From Octopus vulgaris (taxonomy: Eukaryota): DNA of 64,000 nt. Below, piece by piece: positions 14,066-27,584 of this stretch. Each line of letters opens with the position of its first letter. Position 1 is the stretch's first letter. The stretch is taken from contig OX597831.1 of NCBI GenBank assembly GCA_951406725.2, positions 59,520,001 to 59,584,000 of the forward strand. Reading direction: 5' to 3'. A model generated the notes under the pieces. The model did not search any database. It had not been told where the DNA came from and was given only the letters and a program-made list of their open reading frames with translations. The translations under genes were made by a program, and so were the position numbers.

Positions 14066-15264
14066 CAGTAAACCGTTTTTCATTATTAATCATAGCTAGT
14101 GGTGAGATACCCAATTGCAATTAATTTCGGGGCATTCTATGTGAAAAATACAAATTCTAATGGGTTGAATGCACTGACGTATTACCACTGTGCAAATTAC
14201 ATTCAATATTATTGATATGGCAAAAGAGATGATGATGAATTCATTGTATCAGGGTAAAATAGTGATGGTGACGCCTCTCCTGAAGCATATGCAAGAGGTC
14301 ACACACATATAGGGTGAATAGAGAATAGAGAGAAATATGAGATAACTCAGAGGCAACGTAAGATTGATGATAACAGCAACAACACTAACAATGACAAAAA
14401 CGATACTAAATTTTACAAATATTAAGTAGAGAGTAAACTGAGGCAAAATGTGGGTTTTTGCAACAGGTTTATGGTATCAAGTTCAAATATGGAAATTCTT
14501 GTCATCCCAAGGAAGGATGCACTACGCACCGCCACAGATTCCACCCACCCGTGTATACACATAGGCAGACGCCCCCGTAAAGCCATCTGCGCTGTGTGTG
14601 TGTGTGCGTGTGTGTGCGCGCGCGCATATGTATATATGTTATATAATAGACCACACAGTAACTGAGTATATTGTCTCATTGACATCTGCAATGGCATATT
14701 TCAAAGACTTGACCGAGTCTTGATTGGAAGGGTGCTGCCTGTTTTTTGAAATAATGTTCTGACGCCGATATATGACTCAATGCTGGTTTGCTCTTTGTTC
14801 GGATCAATGATCATAATCTCTCCTTACTACTTATATGTTCCCCCCTCTCGGCTCACTCATTTTGTGCTGTCCGTTTTCTGCATACGGTTCTAATTAGTCG
14901 ATTGCATGTCAGCCCACTTTTATATTTTAATTAGTAGTGTGATCTTACTTTGATTCTTCATGTGCTAACACGTGCTTCAACACAACAGCATATAAATATT
15001 AACCCGCCTAGTTTATGGTATAACCTGAAGATGTGAATTTTTTAAGGTAATGTATTCACTAATCTTATGAATATTGCAGCTTTATACATGCGTACTTCAA
15101 TAATTTTACGTTTCAATAAAATTTTTAATGACACTTTAGTAGATATAGCAATATGAGAATTCTTTAGATACGTTCATACATACATGCATTCATACATGCA
15201 TACATACATACGCATATACATATATATTGTATATAGTGATACAAATTTATACATAATATCGGAA

Positions 15265-15570
15265 GGTGTGAAGCTTCGCAGTTAGGTTATTCAGCTCATG
15301 ATAGCAAGGTCGTTACTTCAATTACTGGCGGCGTGATGTCTCCTTTAGCAAAGCGCTTTCTTTCGTTTTGGGTTTGTCCAATCACCTGACAAAAAATTGA
15401 ATAACCAATATTTCAAAAGTCCGACCTTGTCACATCCTGCGTCACGCTGAAACTTTCTGAGAACTATTTAAGGGTTAGCTTGTCTGTCCAGTGCTCATCC
15501 ACTTGCACGTTATGGAATACTCTTGATGAGATCAACTGGAATCGTCGTTGTCTTATCCGACGGGGTACAA
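15265..15570 (+). mobile_element. Degenerate SINE (same family as 20365-20690 and 36095-36400)
   Basis: Shared blocks CCACTTGCACG and GATCAACTGGAA...GTCG...CCGACGG, plus a decayed tRNA-like head. Confidence 0.65.
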
Positions 15571-15609
15571 GTCTTCTAAATTTACATTTGAATACATATG
15601 GATATACAC

Positions 15610-15611
<2 letters not shown>

Positions 15612-15673
<62 letters not shown>

Positions 15674-15733
15674 ATATATATGTATGTGTGTGTATACATA
15701 TATACATATATATATATGTATATACATATATAC

Positions 15734-15801
<68 letters not shown>
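15612..15801. repeat. (TA)n microsatellite
   Basis: Visible directly. Confidence 0.95.
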
Positions 15802-15805
<4 letters not shown>

Positions 15806-16109
15806 AGTAAATGTAAGGATAAGCAAGTTAAATAAATAAATGTACAAAAAATATCAAATACATTTAATAGAAAATATGTCCATATGTTTACATATTATGA
15901 TCCGACTTTTACAGAATAGGAATGACATCAAGAATTAAAGAACTTGAATATGAGTTTTACGAGTCCATATTTCATAACATGCCTTCTCCTATTTCTCATA
16001 TACGTATGTAGTCCGTTATAAACTGGCGATATTAATTATGAAAAGAATTCAAACAATAGAAATGAAGATAGCATATACAATTACATACAAGTGTGCAATC
16101 GTAAATAAA

Positions 16110-16650
16110 TGCAGGCATGGCTGTGTGGCAAGGAGCTTGCTTCCCAACCACCATGTACTAAAGCCTTGATAAGAACAAAGTCTAGTGAGAGGAGTTGGTA
16201 GACGGAAACAGAAAAAAACGTGTAGTATATATATATATATATATATATATACCGGAGTAAACACATAAATGTGAAACAAAGTGGTAAAAAGAGTACTCAA
16301 ATACCAGTGGTAGAGTAATATGCTTTATTTAAAGCAGCAGAAAATTCAACAAAACCTGTTACTCTGAGTTTTACGTTGCCGTTCGTCGGACAGTTTTTGC
16401 TAGAATCGTGCGTGTGCGTGTGCATGTGTGAGGGTAGTTGTATGTGTGTTTGTCTGTGTTTGTTTCCCTAGCATAGCTTAACAAACGATGTTGGTGTGTT
16501 TATGTCTTCGTAATTTACCGGTTCGGCAAAAGATACCGATAGAATAAGTACTAGTCTTACAAATAATAAGTCCTGGAGCCAATTTCCTCAATTGAAGTCA
16601 GTGATTCAGCATGGTCGCAGCCATATCACTGAAGCAAGTAAAAGAATAAA
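16110..16650 (+). mobile_element. Degenerate SINE (family of 18909-19355) interrupted by a Penelope pLTR piece
   Basis: GCAGGCATGGCTGTGTGG...TTGGTAGACGGAAAC...GGTTCGGCAAAAGATACCGATAGAATAAGTACT...CAAGTAAAAGA aligns to 18909-19355. Confidence 0.8.
16252..16406 (-). mobile_element. Solo 3' pLTR fragment of the Penelope family at 41393, with a mutated hammerhead
   Basis: Closely matches 41393-41546. The core reads CCGACGA-ACGGCAACGT-AAAA-CTCAGAG-TA. Confidence 0.9.
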
Positions 16651-18162
16651 GGGATATGCATACATACTTACTCCTATACTTGAAAATAGATTTTTATATG
16701 GCATAATTTATTCCAGGCCGGCATCCAAATATATTTAGGCCGTCTATCGTCAGCCAACCTCTGTTAAACTATTAAATTCATGAAACATGTGCTCAAAGGT
16801 GAGCAGAAAATACATAAAATACAGAATAGTCAGTTGGAAACTTCTCAAGAAGGACACTTTCCGATGACTTTTCATGTGATACCAGGAGTGGTTTCGTACT
16901 TTAAAAAAGGGCCTGAAAGAGAGCCATTTTAGAAACGAATGAATCGATATGCATGGATATACATCATGTAAATGTGCGGAAGAAGATGGCAGCATCCTAC
17001 AGTAGCGTCACATCTTCACATTTTCCACATGGTTTCTTTTGCAGTTCAAGATATTTTTAAAAGTTTTAATCCCCTACGGTACGTCGAATAATTGACATTT
17101 CTACTGAAATTATTTCACATATGATCAGACGCTGCTCCAAAATATCATTACAATGCCACAGTCCCTTCGCATCTGTAAACAAAATTGCCTGGAGATAATT
17201 ATGGTAAATATCATTTTATTGGCTAAATATGAATATATTGCAAGGAATATATTCGGAAAAAAATATTACTCTGAAAATATCAGAGTAATGCGTATATATA
17301 AATTTGAGTACATTTTTCAGACAGGAAAAGAAGACCGTCATTTATGGAGAAGTACTTCGGAAGCTATAAATTTACTGATCGAATTATAAATTCACACGTA
17401 TGTCTAGGATTATTGGACCCGTCTATGTCATTAAATAACCGAGTAGCTATCCCGAAAAACTTAAAGTTTTCAGGTAAAGAAAATGACTATACAATATATG
17501 TTTGGTAGTAAATTCAGAGACGAAATATAAAAAAAAAAATATGCAAAATCTCTTCCTAATTTCAGGATGTAACTCTTCACGGTTTTGTTGTTCTTATTCC
17601 TGTAATGGAATACTGAGTCATCGTTCGAAACTTTTTCTACCTATATAAATTCAAATAATAATGAAAAGACAATATATGCATACTTAAATTTATACTTAAA
17701 TATGTTATTACACACACACAAGTACACACAAGCACACACGTGCACCCGACCAAAGGAGGACTTTCAAACAGTGACATAATTTAAGTATCAAATTATCGCG
17801 GATAACAGCACTAAATTACCTCAATATTTCAGAAAGCTTAAATCCCAGATAGATTATGTGTAATATTTTATTTACGTTTTCATAAACAATTTCAGTAAGT
17901 TAAACAACAACACATGAGATTCAGGGGCGAAATAAATTAAATGCACAACTATTTAAGTCAATTGGGGCTTAGTGCATCTACCAATAACTGTATACCTCTG
18001 TGTCAATAAGACGTGTTTATATTCTTCGCATGTGGCACATAAATCGTGTAGCTTATGCAATGAGGTTTCTTTTGCGTTGACACTCTTTTCTTCGTTGCTG
18101 AAGCTGCAACCTACTTGTATCATATTTTTGTAAATATCATCAATACAATATGAAATATCTTG

Positions 18163-18163
<1 letters not shown>

Positions 18164-18242
<79 letters not shown>

Positions 18243-18243
18243 G
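18164..18243. repeat. (CTA)n microsatellite
   Basis: Visible directly. Confidence 0.95.
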
Positions 18244-18908
18244 TGCTCAGAATAAAAGAATTGCTGAAAATTCCGCATAATGTATATTGTCAAACCCCAA
18301 CTTGTTTAAGAATACGCAAGTTTAGAAAAAATAAGGTCAGGTAAAATATTTTCTGTTTAAAGAACGCTTGAATTTTCCTGAAATATATTTTCCTAATATT
18401 TAAATACAAACTGGAATGTATGCAAATATGGAGTTGATATATTTATTACTTAAAATATGACGTACTTATTTTTCGTTATATTTCTCGACTGATGCATGTT
18501 CTCTAACAAATCATTTTCTTTCTTTCACTTGGTTTCTATGTAATAATTTCTATTATTTCATATAGATTTATTTCGCCGCACATTTTCGATATATTCCAAA
18601 GGCCTAGATTTTCTTTATGCGTAATGCTATATAATATATTTCTTATCATGATTGTACATACATAGTATGGCTTCTTCTTACTTGGTCGTGGTATATAACA
18701 AGGCTAACATAAATACAATATTCCACATAATGTAGTAAATATTAGATGAAATTAAATTAAAGACAAAATGGAATATTTCTAAAAGTTATGCAGTCAACAT
18801 AAATAAGGATATGTGTCCTAGAAGTTCAAATGTGAAAATATTTGTCGTTCATGAAAATTCAGGTAATTTGCGCTGCGGTTATGCAAAAAATATTAAAAAT
18901 ATTAACAA

Positions 18909-19073
18909 GGCGCAGGAGTGGCTGTGTGGTAAGTAGCTTGCTAACCAACCACATGGTTCCAGGTTCAGTCCCACTGCGTGGCATCTTGGGCAAGTGTCTT
19001 CTGCTATAGCCCCGGGCCGACCAATGCCTTGTGAGTGGATTTGGTAGACGGACACTGAAAGAAGCCTGTCGTA

Positions 19074-19124
<51 letters not shown>

Positions 19125-19355
19125 GTGTATGTGTGTGTGTGTTTGTGTGTCTATGTTTGTCTCCCTAGCATTGCTTGACGACCAATGCTGGTGTGTTTAC
19201 GTCCTCGTCACTTAGCGGTTCGGCAAAAGAGACCGATAGAATAAGCACTGGGCTTACAAAGAATAAGTCCCGGGGTCGATTTGCTCGACTAAAGGCGGTG
19301 CTCCAGCATGGCCGCAGTCAAAATGACTGAAACAAGTAAAAGAGTAAAAGAGTAA
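18909..19355 (+). mobile_element. Full-length tRNA-derived SINE with internal (TA)n/(TG)n
   Basis: Box A TGGCTGTGTGG, box B GGTTCAGTCCC, tail (GTAAAAGA)n. A closely similar inverted copy lies at 25474-25865. Confidence 0.9.
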
Positions 19356-20364
19356 GCGTTGGAGCCATTGCCCAAAGAATATCGTAAAGGATATGGGGCG
19401 GCATGTGATAGTTAAAGGATGCAGTGGTTGTATCAAATCCTTCATTGAAATATACTCATTGATATTAGCTATGAAAAAATGTGTTCTCATTAAATATACC
19501 TATAATGTGTTTTACATTTGTGAAGTATTAAATTACAACGCACAACTTTGCTGTTTCCCATATAAAGACATGTATTTCACAAGGTCACATTGACCAGGAA
19601 ATATGTCCTTTTGTGAATGTAGTTGATGCATATGTATATGCTAACGTTCACATACATACATACGTACGTATGTATGTCTGCATGTCAGTATAATTGCCTG
19701 TCTGCATGGTGAGCGGGTAGATAGAGAAAAAGAAGTGTAGGCATCTGCTACACAAATCTTGATAAACAAATATATACTATTTAAAAAAAAGAAAATGCTG
19801 TGACAGTATGGCTTGTTTATAGGAAGGCATTTGAATTTATTTTCTACTCATTGCAGGTGAAGTATCTGCATCTAGCTAGAGTGCCTTCTACGTTAGTTGC
19901 TGCCATTTAATGGCTCACAAATGCATGAGAAAAATCCATTCACTTACAAGTGACAGCAGAACGATTTTCTCCAATGTTATAGATATGTCAAGGGGAATAT
20001 TCAAAGGAAGTAGTCTTTCTGTAATGCTGTTCATTTTGGCATTGAAACCATTATCATTCCAACTGCAAAAATCAAATGCCAACATCCTAATTTTTGCAGC
20101 TGCAAAAGCCATAATTTCTTCGTGGATGACCTCAAGATATTTGCTAAAATTGTTATAACAATGCTAAAATCAACTTGCATCAAAAGCAACATTTCCATCT
20201 GACAAAGGAATGGAATTTGGCTAAATGAAATTTTACTATTTGATTGTGAATCAAACCCGAAACCCGTGTATTCCACACAGGTACTGACACAAATAGGTAA
20301 GCATTGACGGAAACATAATATGCGAAGTTCACCGAATAAACATAGAGTGATATCAGAACATCAT

Positions 20365-20690
20365 GTGTGGCTCTCCGTCGGTTACGACGACAAGGTTTCC
20401 AGTTGATCCGATCAACGGAACAGCCTGCTCGAGAAATTTATGTACAAGTGGCTGAGCAATCCATGGAGACGTGTACCCTCAATGTAGATAACAGAGAGAT
20501 TAAGGGTGACACAGAATGTAACGAGGCTGGCATTTGGAATACGAGTACTACTCATTTTGCCAGCTGAGTGAACTGGAGCAACATGAAATTAAATATATTG
20601 CTCAAGGTCATAACGAGTCGCCGGGAATTGAACTCACAACATTACGATCGTGAGCCAAATAACGTAACCGCTAAGCTATGTGCCCTCACT
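20365..20690 (-). mobile_element. tRNA-derived SINE
   Basis: Minus-strand head TAGCTTAGCGG...GAGTTCAATTCCCGG. Homologous to 15265-15570 and 36095-36400. Confidence 0.8.
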
Positions 20691-21699
20691 ATACATGCAC
20701 CTTCACTAGCCCCGCGCCTTCACTTCAGATTACGACACTAGATATTGAAAAAGAATTAGAATATCATACTAGACACTGAGAAACGTTCTCTTACTGCAAG
20801 ACAATATCCCATATTACATTTACCATACGAGTAATAATTCCAATATTTTGGATATTTGACTGGACAGTAGAGGGAATTTACGCCAAAGAATTTGAAACCC
20901 GCAATATTCTAACATTAGCTGGAAGCTTCCACATATACAGTGATATCGACAAGTTCTATAAAAAGAGAAATAAAAAAAGTAGAGGCTTGAAATCAGCGCA
21001 CGGAGCTTTCGAGTGTCCTATAGTCTCTCTCAGTTAGCACTTATTAAAAAACTGCAACAAAAATAGATACATAAACTTAGTGCTAAAAAGCGAAGATTAA
21101 AAAATCCTACATGTCTGCAGTGAGCTTCTCGGGAAGTGTTATCTTCTTGATAACAACCTCTAAAACACCAAAGCAGCCACACTAACATACCTCAAAGAAG
21201 ATGTTGTTGTGAAACATTATCACTGCATCCTATCAAATTTTGAAGGATATGCATTTGTAACCCAAGAACAAGACATGAGTATGAAGTGCCTAATAAAAAA
21301 CAGACACAGTGAAGCCCTTGGTGCTACAATATACAACCGAAAATGATGATTATGTCAAAGATTAGTGGAAAACATCATCACATAAGTGATTAGCAGCAGC
21401 TTGAAAATATCAACGGTGTACTACCCCACCACACACATACACACATATACACACATGACGCAGCGTTGTAGTAGAAACGATGCACTATACTGTTTATATC
21501 AATGTATGTTATTGAATACATACAGAAACATCAACACAAGGAAAACTGGTAGAACGTTCCCCTCAAAAGATCTGTCAAGTATAAGCGTAGCAGGGCGGAT
21601 ATTGTTGTTCGATCAGACGCGAAAAATTATGCACCAATGTCCAATTAATCTCAGAACTTGAGGCAATCCAACGAAGCTACACGAAGACGATAGCCTCTA

Positions 21700-22210
21700 T
21701 AGAGTATACAAGTTATTGGAAAATACTCAAGAGATTAAGACTCTATTCCTAAGAGCGTAGGCGAGAAAGATATGCCATAATGTACATCTGGAAGATCCTG
21801 GAAGGACTTGTCCCAAACTTTATCATCGAGAGTTTCGCAAATACTAGAATTGGGTGCCAGTGCATAGTGCCAAGGACTCCAAATTTGCCATCAAGATATA
21901 GGGCCAGATACTGCGATAGTCTGGGCTCCAGAGGTCCACAGCTCTTCAATATCCTCCCGAAGGACCTGAGAGAACTGCATGAGGTGGATGTAGATGTCTT
22001 TAAAATAAAGCTGGACCTCTTCCTGTCAGGTGTTCCAGATGAACCAACTTCACAGCAGGGGGTGCAGATGAGGGCAGCTGCATCAAACTCTCCCATGCAC
22101 CAAATGTATGTTGTTAAAAAACATTCGTGAAGTAAAATCATGTAGCAACACCGAATGGCGGTGCCCCAGCATGGCCTCCCCTCATGAGCTGAAACTAGAT
22201 GAAATGAAAA
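21700..22210 (+). mobile_element. CR1/L2-group LINE 3' end (5'-truncated)
   Basis: SYWKILKRLRLYS/RRRERY..MYIWKILEGLVPN...RGPQLFNILPKDLR...FKIKLDLFLSGVPDEP is a typical CR1-group ORF2 C-terminus. Short 3' UTR and GAAAT-repeat tail. Confidence 0.85.
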
Positions 22211-23661
22211 TGTCGCAGAAATTAGCCACCTTGCTAGTGTGAATATGTCTTTGAAAATCAAAGAGAACTAGGATGACTATGGACGATTGCCCTGAAATCT
22301 CCAACGTCTATATTCAAATTTTTACTAATAGCAATTGAGGCATTAGTTTTCGTGAGTAAATGGCTAATCGACAGTGTGAATAAGTGATGGTGTCCATAAA
22401 CAAAACAACTCACCTGTATCACTCCTTAGAATCCTTAAGTGCAACAGTAAAAGTATGCATGAGTTTTTCGAAGTTTTAGATGTGATTTTCTGTTTAAAAC
22501 TGTTTTAGAGTTAGGAAATAGCTTTCGAAATATTTTTGTCACTAAGAAATTATTTATGTGGAAGGGTCAGAAAATATTTTATGCCAATCATTAATAAAAG
22601 AACATCATCTTATAGTTCTGCTCTTATGGTCTAAGTTGGCTGGTATGGTTTGGGAATATATCGATAGCTTGTGGTACAATTGCATTAACAACCAAGAAAG
22701 TAAACGCATTCATTTGTTTGTTGTGTGCACTGATTGACCTTGCATATACGAGTCTGTTTGATTTCCATTTCTACAAATGAATCTACAGATCACTTTCAAG
22801 AACAGTTATAGAATATCCCAGAAATTAAACCCAGCTTGTATATGCAAGTATTCTATGGAGCAAAGACATTTTCTGGGTTCCTAAAGGAATTAACCTAGAT
22901 TTAAGAAGACGGATTCTTATCGGACCTCTAACAAAACACAATAATAAATACTGATTATATGGCGAATTCAGAAAATTACAGGCAGATACTCTGAGTGATG
23001 ACGGCCGACAAATATAATCAATTTCAGTTATTGTCAGCGTAATAAGGTTTCGTTATCGTTTAAAATTGTGTTTCTCTTATAATCATAAAACACACTGTTA
23101 AAACTTCATTGACAATTCAGATATAAATCATTTAATGTTTCACCATACTGAACAGTTTAACAGTATACTCAGACACATATACGTATCACACAAGTAATAA
23201 ACACACACGCACACAGACATTCACATATGCAAACATATATACAAACATATATATATAGATATCGATAGGTATATTTGTGTGTATATATATATGTATATAT
23301 ATATATACATACATAAATATATACACATGTTTGTTCTGTTAAGTGCAACATGCTCACGTTTGCACATTTGACTAACGTCAAACACACAAATAAGTAATGG
23401 ATGAGAAAATTAATTATTTTTATATATAATAGTACGTAGTTATCAGAGAAGTATTACTAAACATTGTGATGTTGGTATATATATATATATATATATACAA
23501 ATTCATATATATATACATATACACATTTACACATATATACATATATACATAGATACGCGTGTGTGGATATGTATATATATGAATATATATATATTTATAT
23601 ATGTATGTATATATGCATATGTTAATATATATATATACATACATACATTTATATAAACACG

Positions 23662-23726
<65 letters not shown>

Positions 23727-24507
23727 TCATACATATATACACACATACGCACACAACCACATATATATATCATCATAAACATCATTATCAGTTTTATTTT
23801 AGTTTATTAGGTTATAGCCATGAAATTCATTCACTTTATATATATATCTAACAAACACTTTTCTGAAACAAATGCCGTATACATTTTATATTTCCCCTCT
23901 TGGAAAATTAAATATATCTTTAGTTTACTGACTGAATGAGATTAGTTAACAATGAATATACCCATGCGAATAACATTCGACATTCCCATTTTATTGTAGC
24001 ATATAAACAATTTCAGTAAAGAAGCAATAACATATTCGTGAAAAATCAATAATACACAAATGTCATAAGATTGCAAGTTTTTATTAAATCCTATTCATTG
24101 AATTTCATTTTAATATGGGGAAATTAATATTTCTTACTCGATGAGACAATTACATTTTCAATCTAGAGAGATAATATATATTGAAAGCATCTATATAGTT
24201 TTTTACATATTTTTCATGCATAGACCGTTTTTTTTAATACGTCTCAGTAAGATTAGTTTTCGACAACCTATTATTCCAGTATATAAATCTATCTGTATAT
24301 CAGTGTAATTGTGACATGTATCTGTTTATTTTCCACTATATGCAAATAAATGCATATTTATACTTACATTTGTATTTGTCCACCAACCTCCACTCCCTCT
24401 CTTAGAGTGTATGTATATTTGCAAGAATAAAAACACATATACGCAAACATGCCTTATAAAACTTTATTATACGTACATGTGTATATGCATGTGTGTGTAT
24501 AAGCGTA

Positions 24508-24547
<40 letters not shown>

Positions 24548-24613
24548 TACATACATTTATACATACACACACATATATATAATTATATATATATATTCAT
24601 ATAAATATATATA

Positions 24614-24667
<54 letters not shown>

Positions 24668-24702
24668 TATATAGATGCATATACAATGTATCTTATACTC
24701 AC

Positions 24703-24762
24703 GGATCATCAGCAGAGATATCCAAGTTTTATATTTAAAACTTGAATATATTTGTCGAAGTT
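24703..24762 (-). CDS. Candidate 60-nt internal exon of an unidentified gene
   Basis: Acceptor TTCTGTTATATTTCACAG, donor GTGAGTA. Open in phase 1-1: xLRQIYSSFKYKTWISLLMI. No homology recognised. Confidence 0.3.
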
Positions 24763-25473
24763 CTGTGAAATATAACAGAACTGCGATATCTTTACACCTG
24801 ACACAAAAAAAGATCGCAATAGACACGAGGCTTTCAATAGCAAAGTAATGTTATCTGTATTGAATGTTTTAACCTTCCTAAGTGAATACTTTATTGACAT
24901 TGCCTCTAAGTAAGCGTCGAGAGGACAAATTGTAATACGCTGGTCATGAATATCTTCTTTATTCAAAGGGAATCTATGAATCCCCGAAAAGATGGAAATG
25001 TCATTCAATATCGACGAACAAAACATAAAGCTCCAGAAATTTGAATCGCCAATTGAATTTTTGAGCGTAATGCCCGAAACCAGCAAAAATTCTGCCTGAT
25101 AGAGAAGCCGACGAAAAGCATTTCTGTCTAGTGTGTAGTCGCATTAAACTTCTCAAACATGAAAGATCAAACACAAGGGAATTTTTCATAAGTATATTTT
25201 TATCAGCATGATAGGTTTAATTTTAGCCTTTGTATCTGAATGTCTAGTAGGTTACACGTGAGCCCAAAACATCTTCCGGATGGAAGATATGTAGAACTAC
25301 TGTTGATGTGATCCATGATGAAATTTTTCTGCTAAAATTCTAACGAATAGATAATACTCTAAGGATGCATATTTAACAAAAATGTTATGAAATCTAATAT
25401 AGATTTATGTTTGGGACCAGAAAATGGTTCTTATGCAAATCTACTAGAATGGCAATTTATGAATATACATGTG

Positions 25474-25865
25474 TCTTTTACTCTTTTACTTGTTTCAGTC
25501 ATTTGACTGCAACCATGCTGGAGCACCGCTTTTAGTCGAGCAAATCGACCCCGGGGACTTATTCTTTGGAAGCCCAGTACTTTTTCTATCGGTCCCTTTT
25601 GCTGAACTGCTAAGTGACGGGGACATAAACACACCAGCATTGGTTGTTAACCAATGCTAGGAGGACAAACACAGACACACAAACATATATATATACATAT
25701 ATACGTTGGGCTTCTTTGAGTTTCTGTCTACCAAATCCACTCACAGTGCTTTGATCGGCCAAGGCTATAGTAGTAGACACATACCCAAGGGACCACGCAG
25801 TGGGATTGAACCCGGAACCATGTGGTTGGTAAGCAAGCTACTTACCACACAGTCACTCCTGCGCC
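25474..25865 (-). mobile_element. Full-length SINE (family of 18909-19355)
   Basis: Reverse complement aligns end to end with 18909-19355. Confidence 0.9.
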
Positions 25866-26429
25866 TATAAAGGAGGACGGCTATGACACTTAAATTTATA
25901 TCTCCGTAATTACCCATCGCAGCGCCTGGACCATTAAGCTTAACCGCCCACGCCTGTACATATATGTGTGTACATATATGCATAAAAAATATTTATATAT
26001 CACACTGCTATAGATCTACTACAGCAGCACTTCCCGAACTTTTTCGTACGTTAGATATTTGGGGCAACGCCAAATTCCGTTACAGGTCAGTTGGAGAAAT
26101 AGAAGATTAAGGCGATATATTTTTGTCAAGGAAAATAAATCCCATAATGAATGGATGGGTTCGAAGATCAGCAGACATTTGTCAAGGGATGTCCAAAGAA
26201 ATCTGGCTGATAAAGATAATGCTCATAGGGTAGACATCCATTTCTGGATACTACCTTTATGCAGCCAGTTATCGCTTCAGGCAATTCCTCAACTTCTGTC
26301 GGCACTTCACAGAAATGTACTTCACTTACAGTCAGCAGCTGTATGCCACCGAGGTATGCGATAAAGTATAACCACTGTTCAACAGTAATAATAGTAAATA
26401 ATAATAAACATATTATTATTATTATTATT

Positions 26430-27003
26430 ACTTTTTCTTCTTCTTTCAAATTTGCTTCCATTTCTTGCCGAGTGTCTTCCCGACTCCTAGGGCAAAGAAA
26501 CTCATAGTATACATTGGTAGGCCATTAAACTAAACTCAATAGTTCGTTCATTTTTTCATTTTTTTTAAAGTTAAATTAAAATACATGGGTAGTAATAATT
26601 CTCACATCGACAATGCTCTTCTCAATACGTGTGATGTACCAGTTAAGACAATCTTTTGCACTTCTTGCAGTGATGGTAAGCCAGGTATCATTCTCATATA
26701 ATTTTCGGTTCCCTTCTTGATCATTCCTAGTGCTCCTACGATCACTGGTATTGTAACCGCCTTGAGATGCCACATTTTCTCAATTTCAATGAGTAGGTCT
26801 ATATTTTCTGAGCTTGTCAAACTCTTTCGCTGAGATATTATGATCACAGGGGATGCTCATGTCGATCAATAAGCAAACTTTATTGTTTTGGTCTTTCACA
26901 ACAATATCTGGTTTATTGGCCTTGATAGTTCGGTCTGTATGTACTGGAAAGTCCCACAGAATCGTTACATTATGTACTGGAAAGTCCCACAGAATCGTTA
27001 CAT
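26430..27003 (-). mobile_element. R4/Dong-like LINE 3' end inserted in (TAA)n
   Basis: ILWDFPVHTDRTIKANKPDIVVKDQNNKVCLLIDMSIP...LLIEIEKMWHLKAVTIPVIVGALG...EVQKIVLTGTSHVLRRAL. TAA repeats on both sides. Confidence 0.88.
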
Positions 27004-27041
27004 TTTATTATTATTATTATTATAATTATTATTATTATTAC

Positions 27042-27119
<78 letters not shown>

Positions 27120-27121
<2 letters not shown>

Positions 27122-27352
27122 GTTTGACTTTTGCTTTATATTTGTACAAGTTGGCTCCAAGTCTCACCCGGAGACCTCAAGAGACAACAGGTTGGAAGTT
27201 CACGTTATTGTTATGCCTAGTTTGGTTGTTTTTTTGTGTTGTACTGGTGGATGTCTAAACAAAAATGTTTGTTTTAAACATTGAGATAACATAGAAAGTA
27301 TTTTGCGTAGGATATGAGCAGTTCCCATGGGCACTCTCTTTTGAATTTCTGC

Positions 27353-27354
<2 letters not shown>
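27120..27354 (-). mobile_element. Very short 3' tail of a second R4/Dong-like family in (TAA)n
   Basis: AEIQKRVPMGTAHILRKILSM corresponds to the terminal motif EIQK..LLGTAHILR..L. Flanked by (TAA)n. Confidence 0.8.
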
Positions 27355-27440
<86 letters not shown>

Positions 27441-27485
27441 ATGATAATGATAATAATAATAAACAACAACAACATCAACAACAAC

Positions 27486-27565
<80 letters not shown>

Positions 27566-27584
27566 AGATGATGACGATGATGAT

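Larger units (their letters stand above)
19900..22460 (+). mobile_element. Old R4/Dong(NeSL)-like LINE relic: RT to REL region, interrupted by a SINE and a CR1-like tail
   Basis: RGIFKGSSLSVMLFILALKPLS (cf. GIFQGDSLS), FFVDDLKIF at ~20115, ILTLAGSFHIYSDIDKFYKKR...RGLKS at ~20905, EGYAFVTQEQ at ~21242. Many stops and frameshifts. Confidence 0.75.

Noticed and set aside
18909-18985. tRNA genes at SINE heads (also ~6210-6280, 10140-10210, 25790-25865)
   Set aside because: Only box A/B are retained, with no full cloverleaf, and they continue into SINE bodies.
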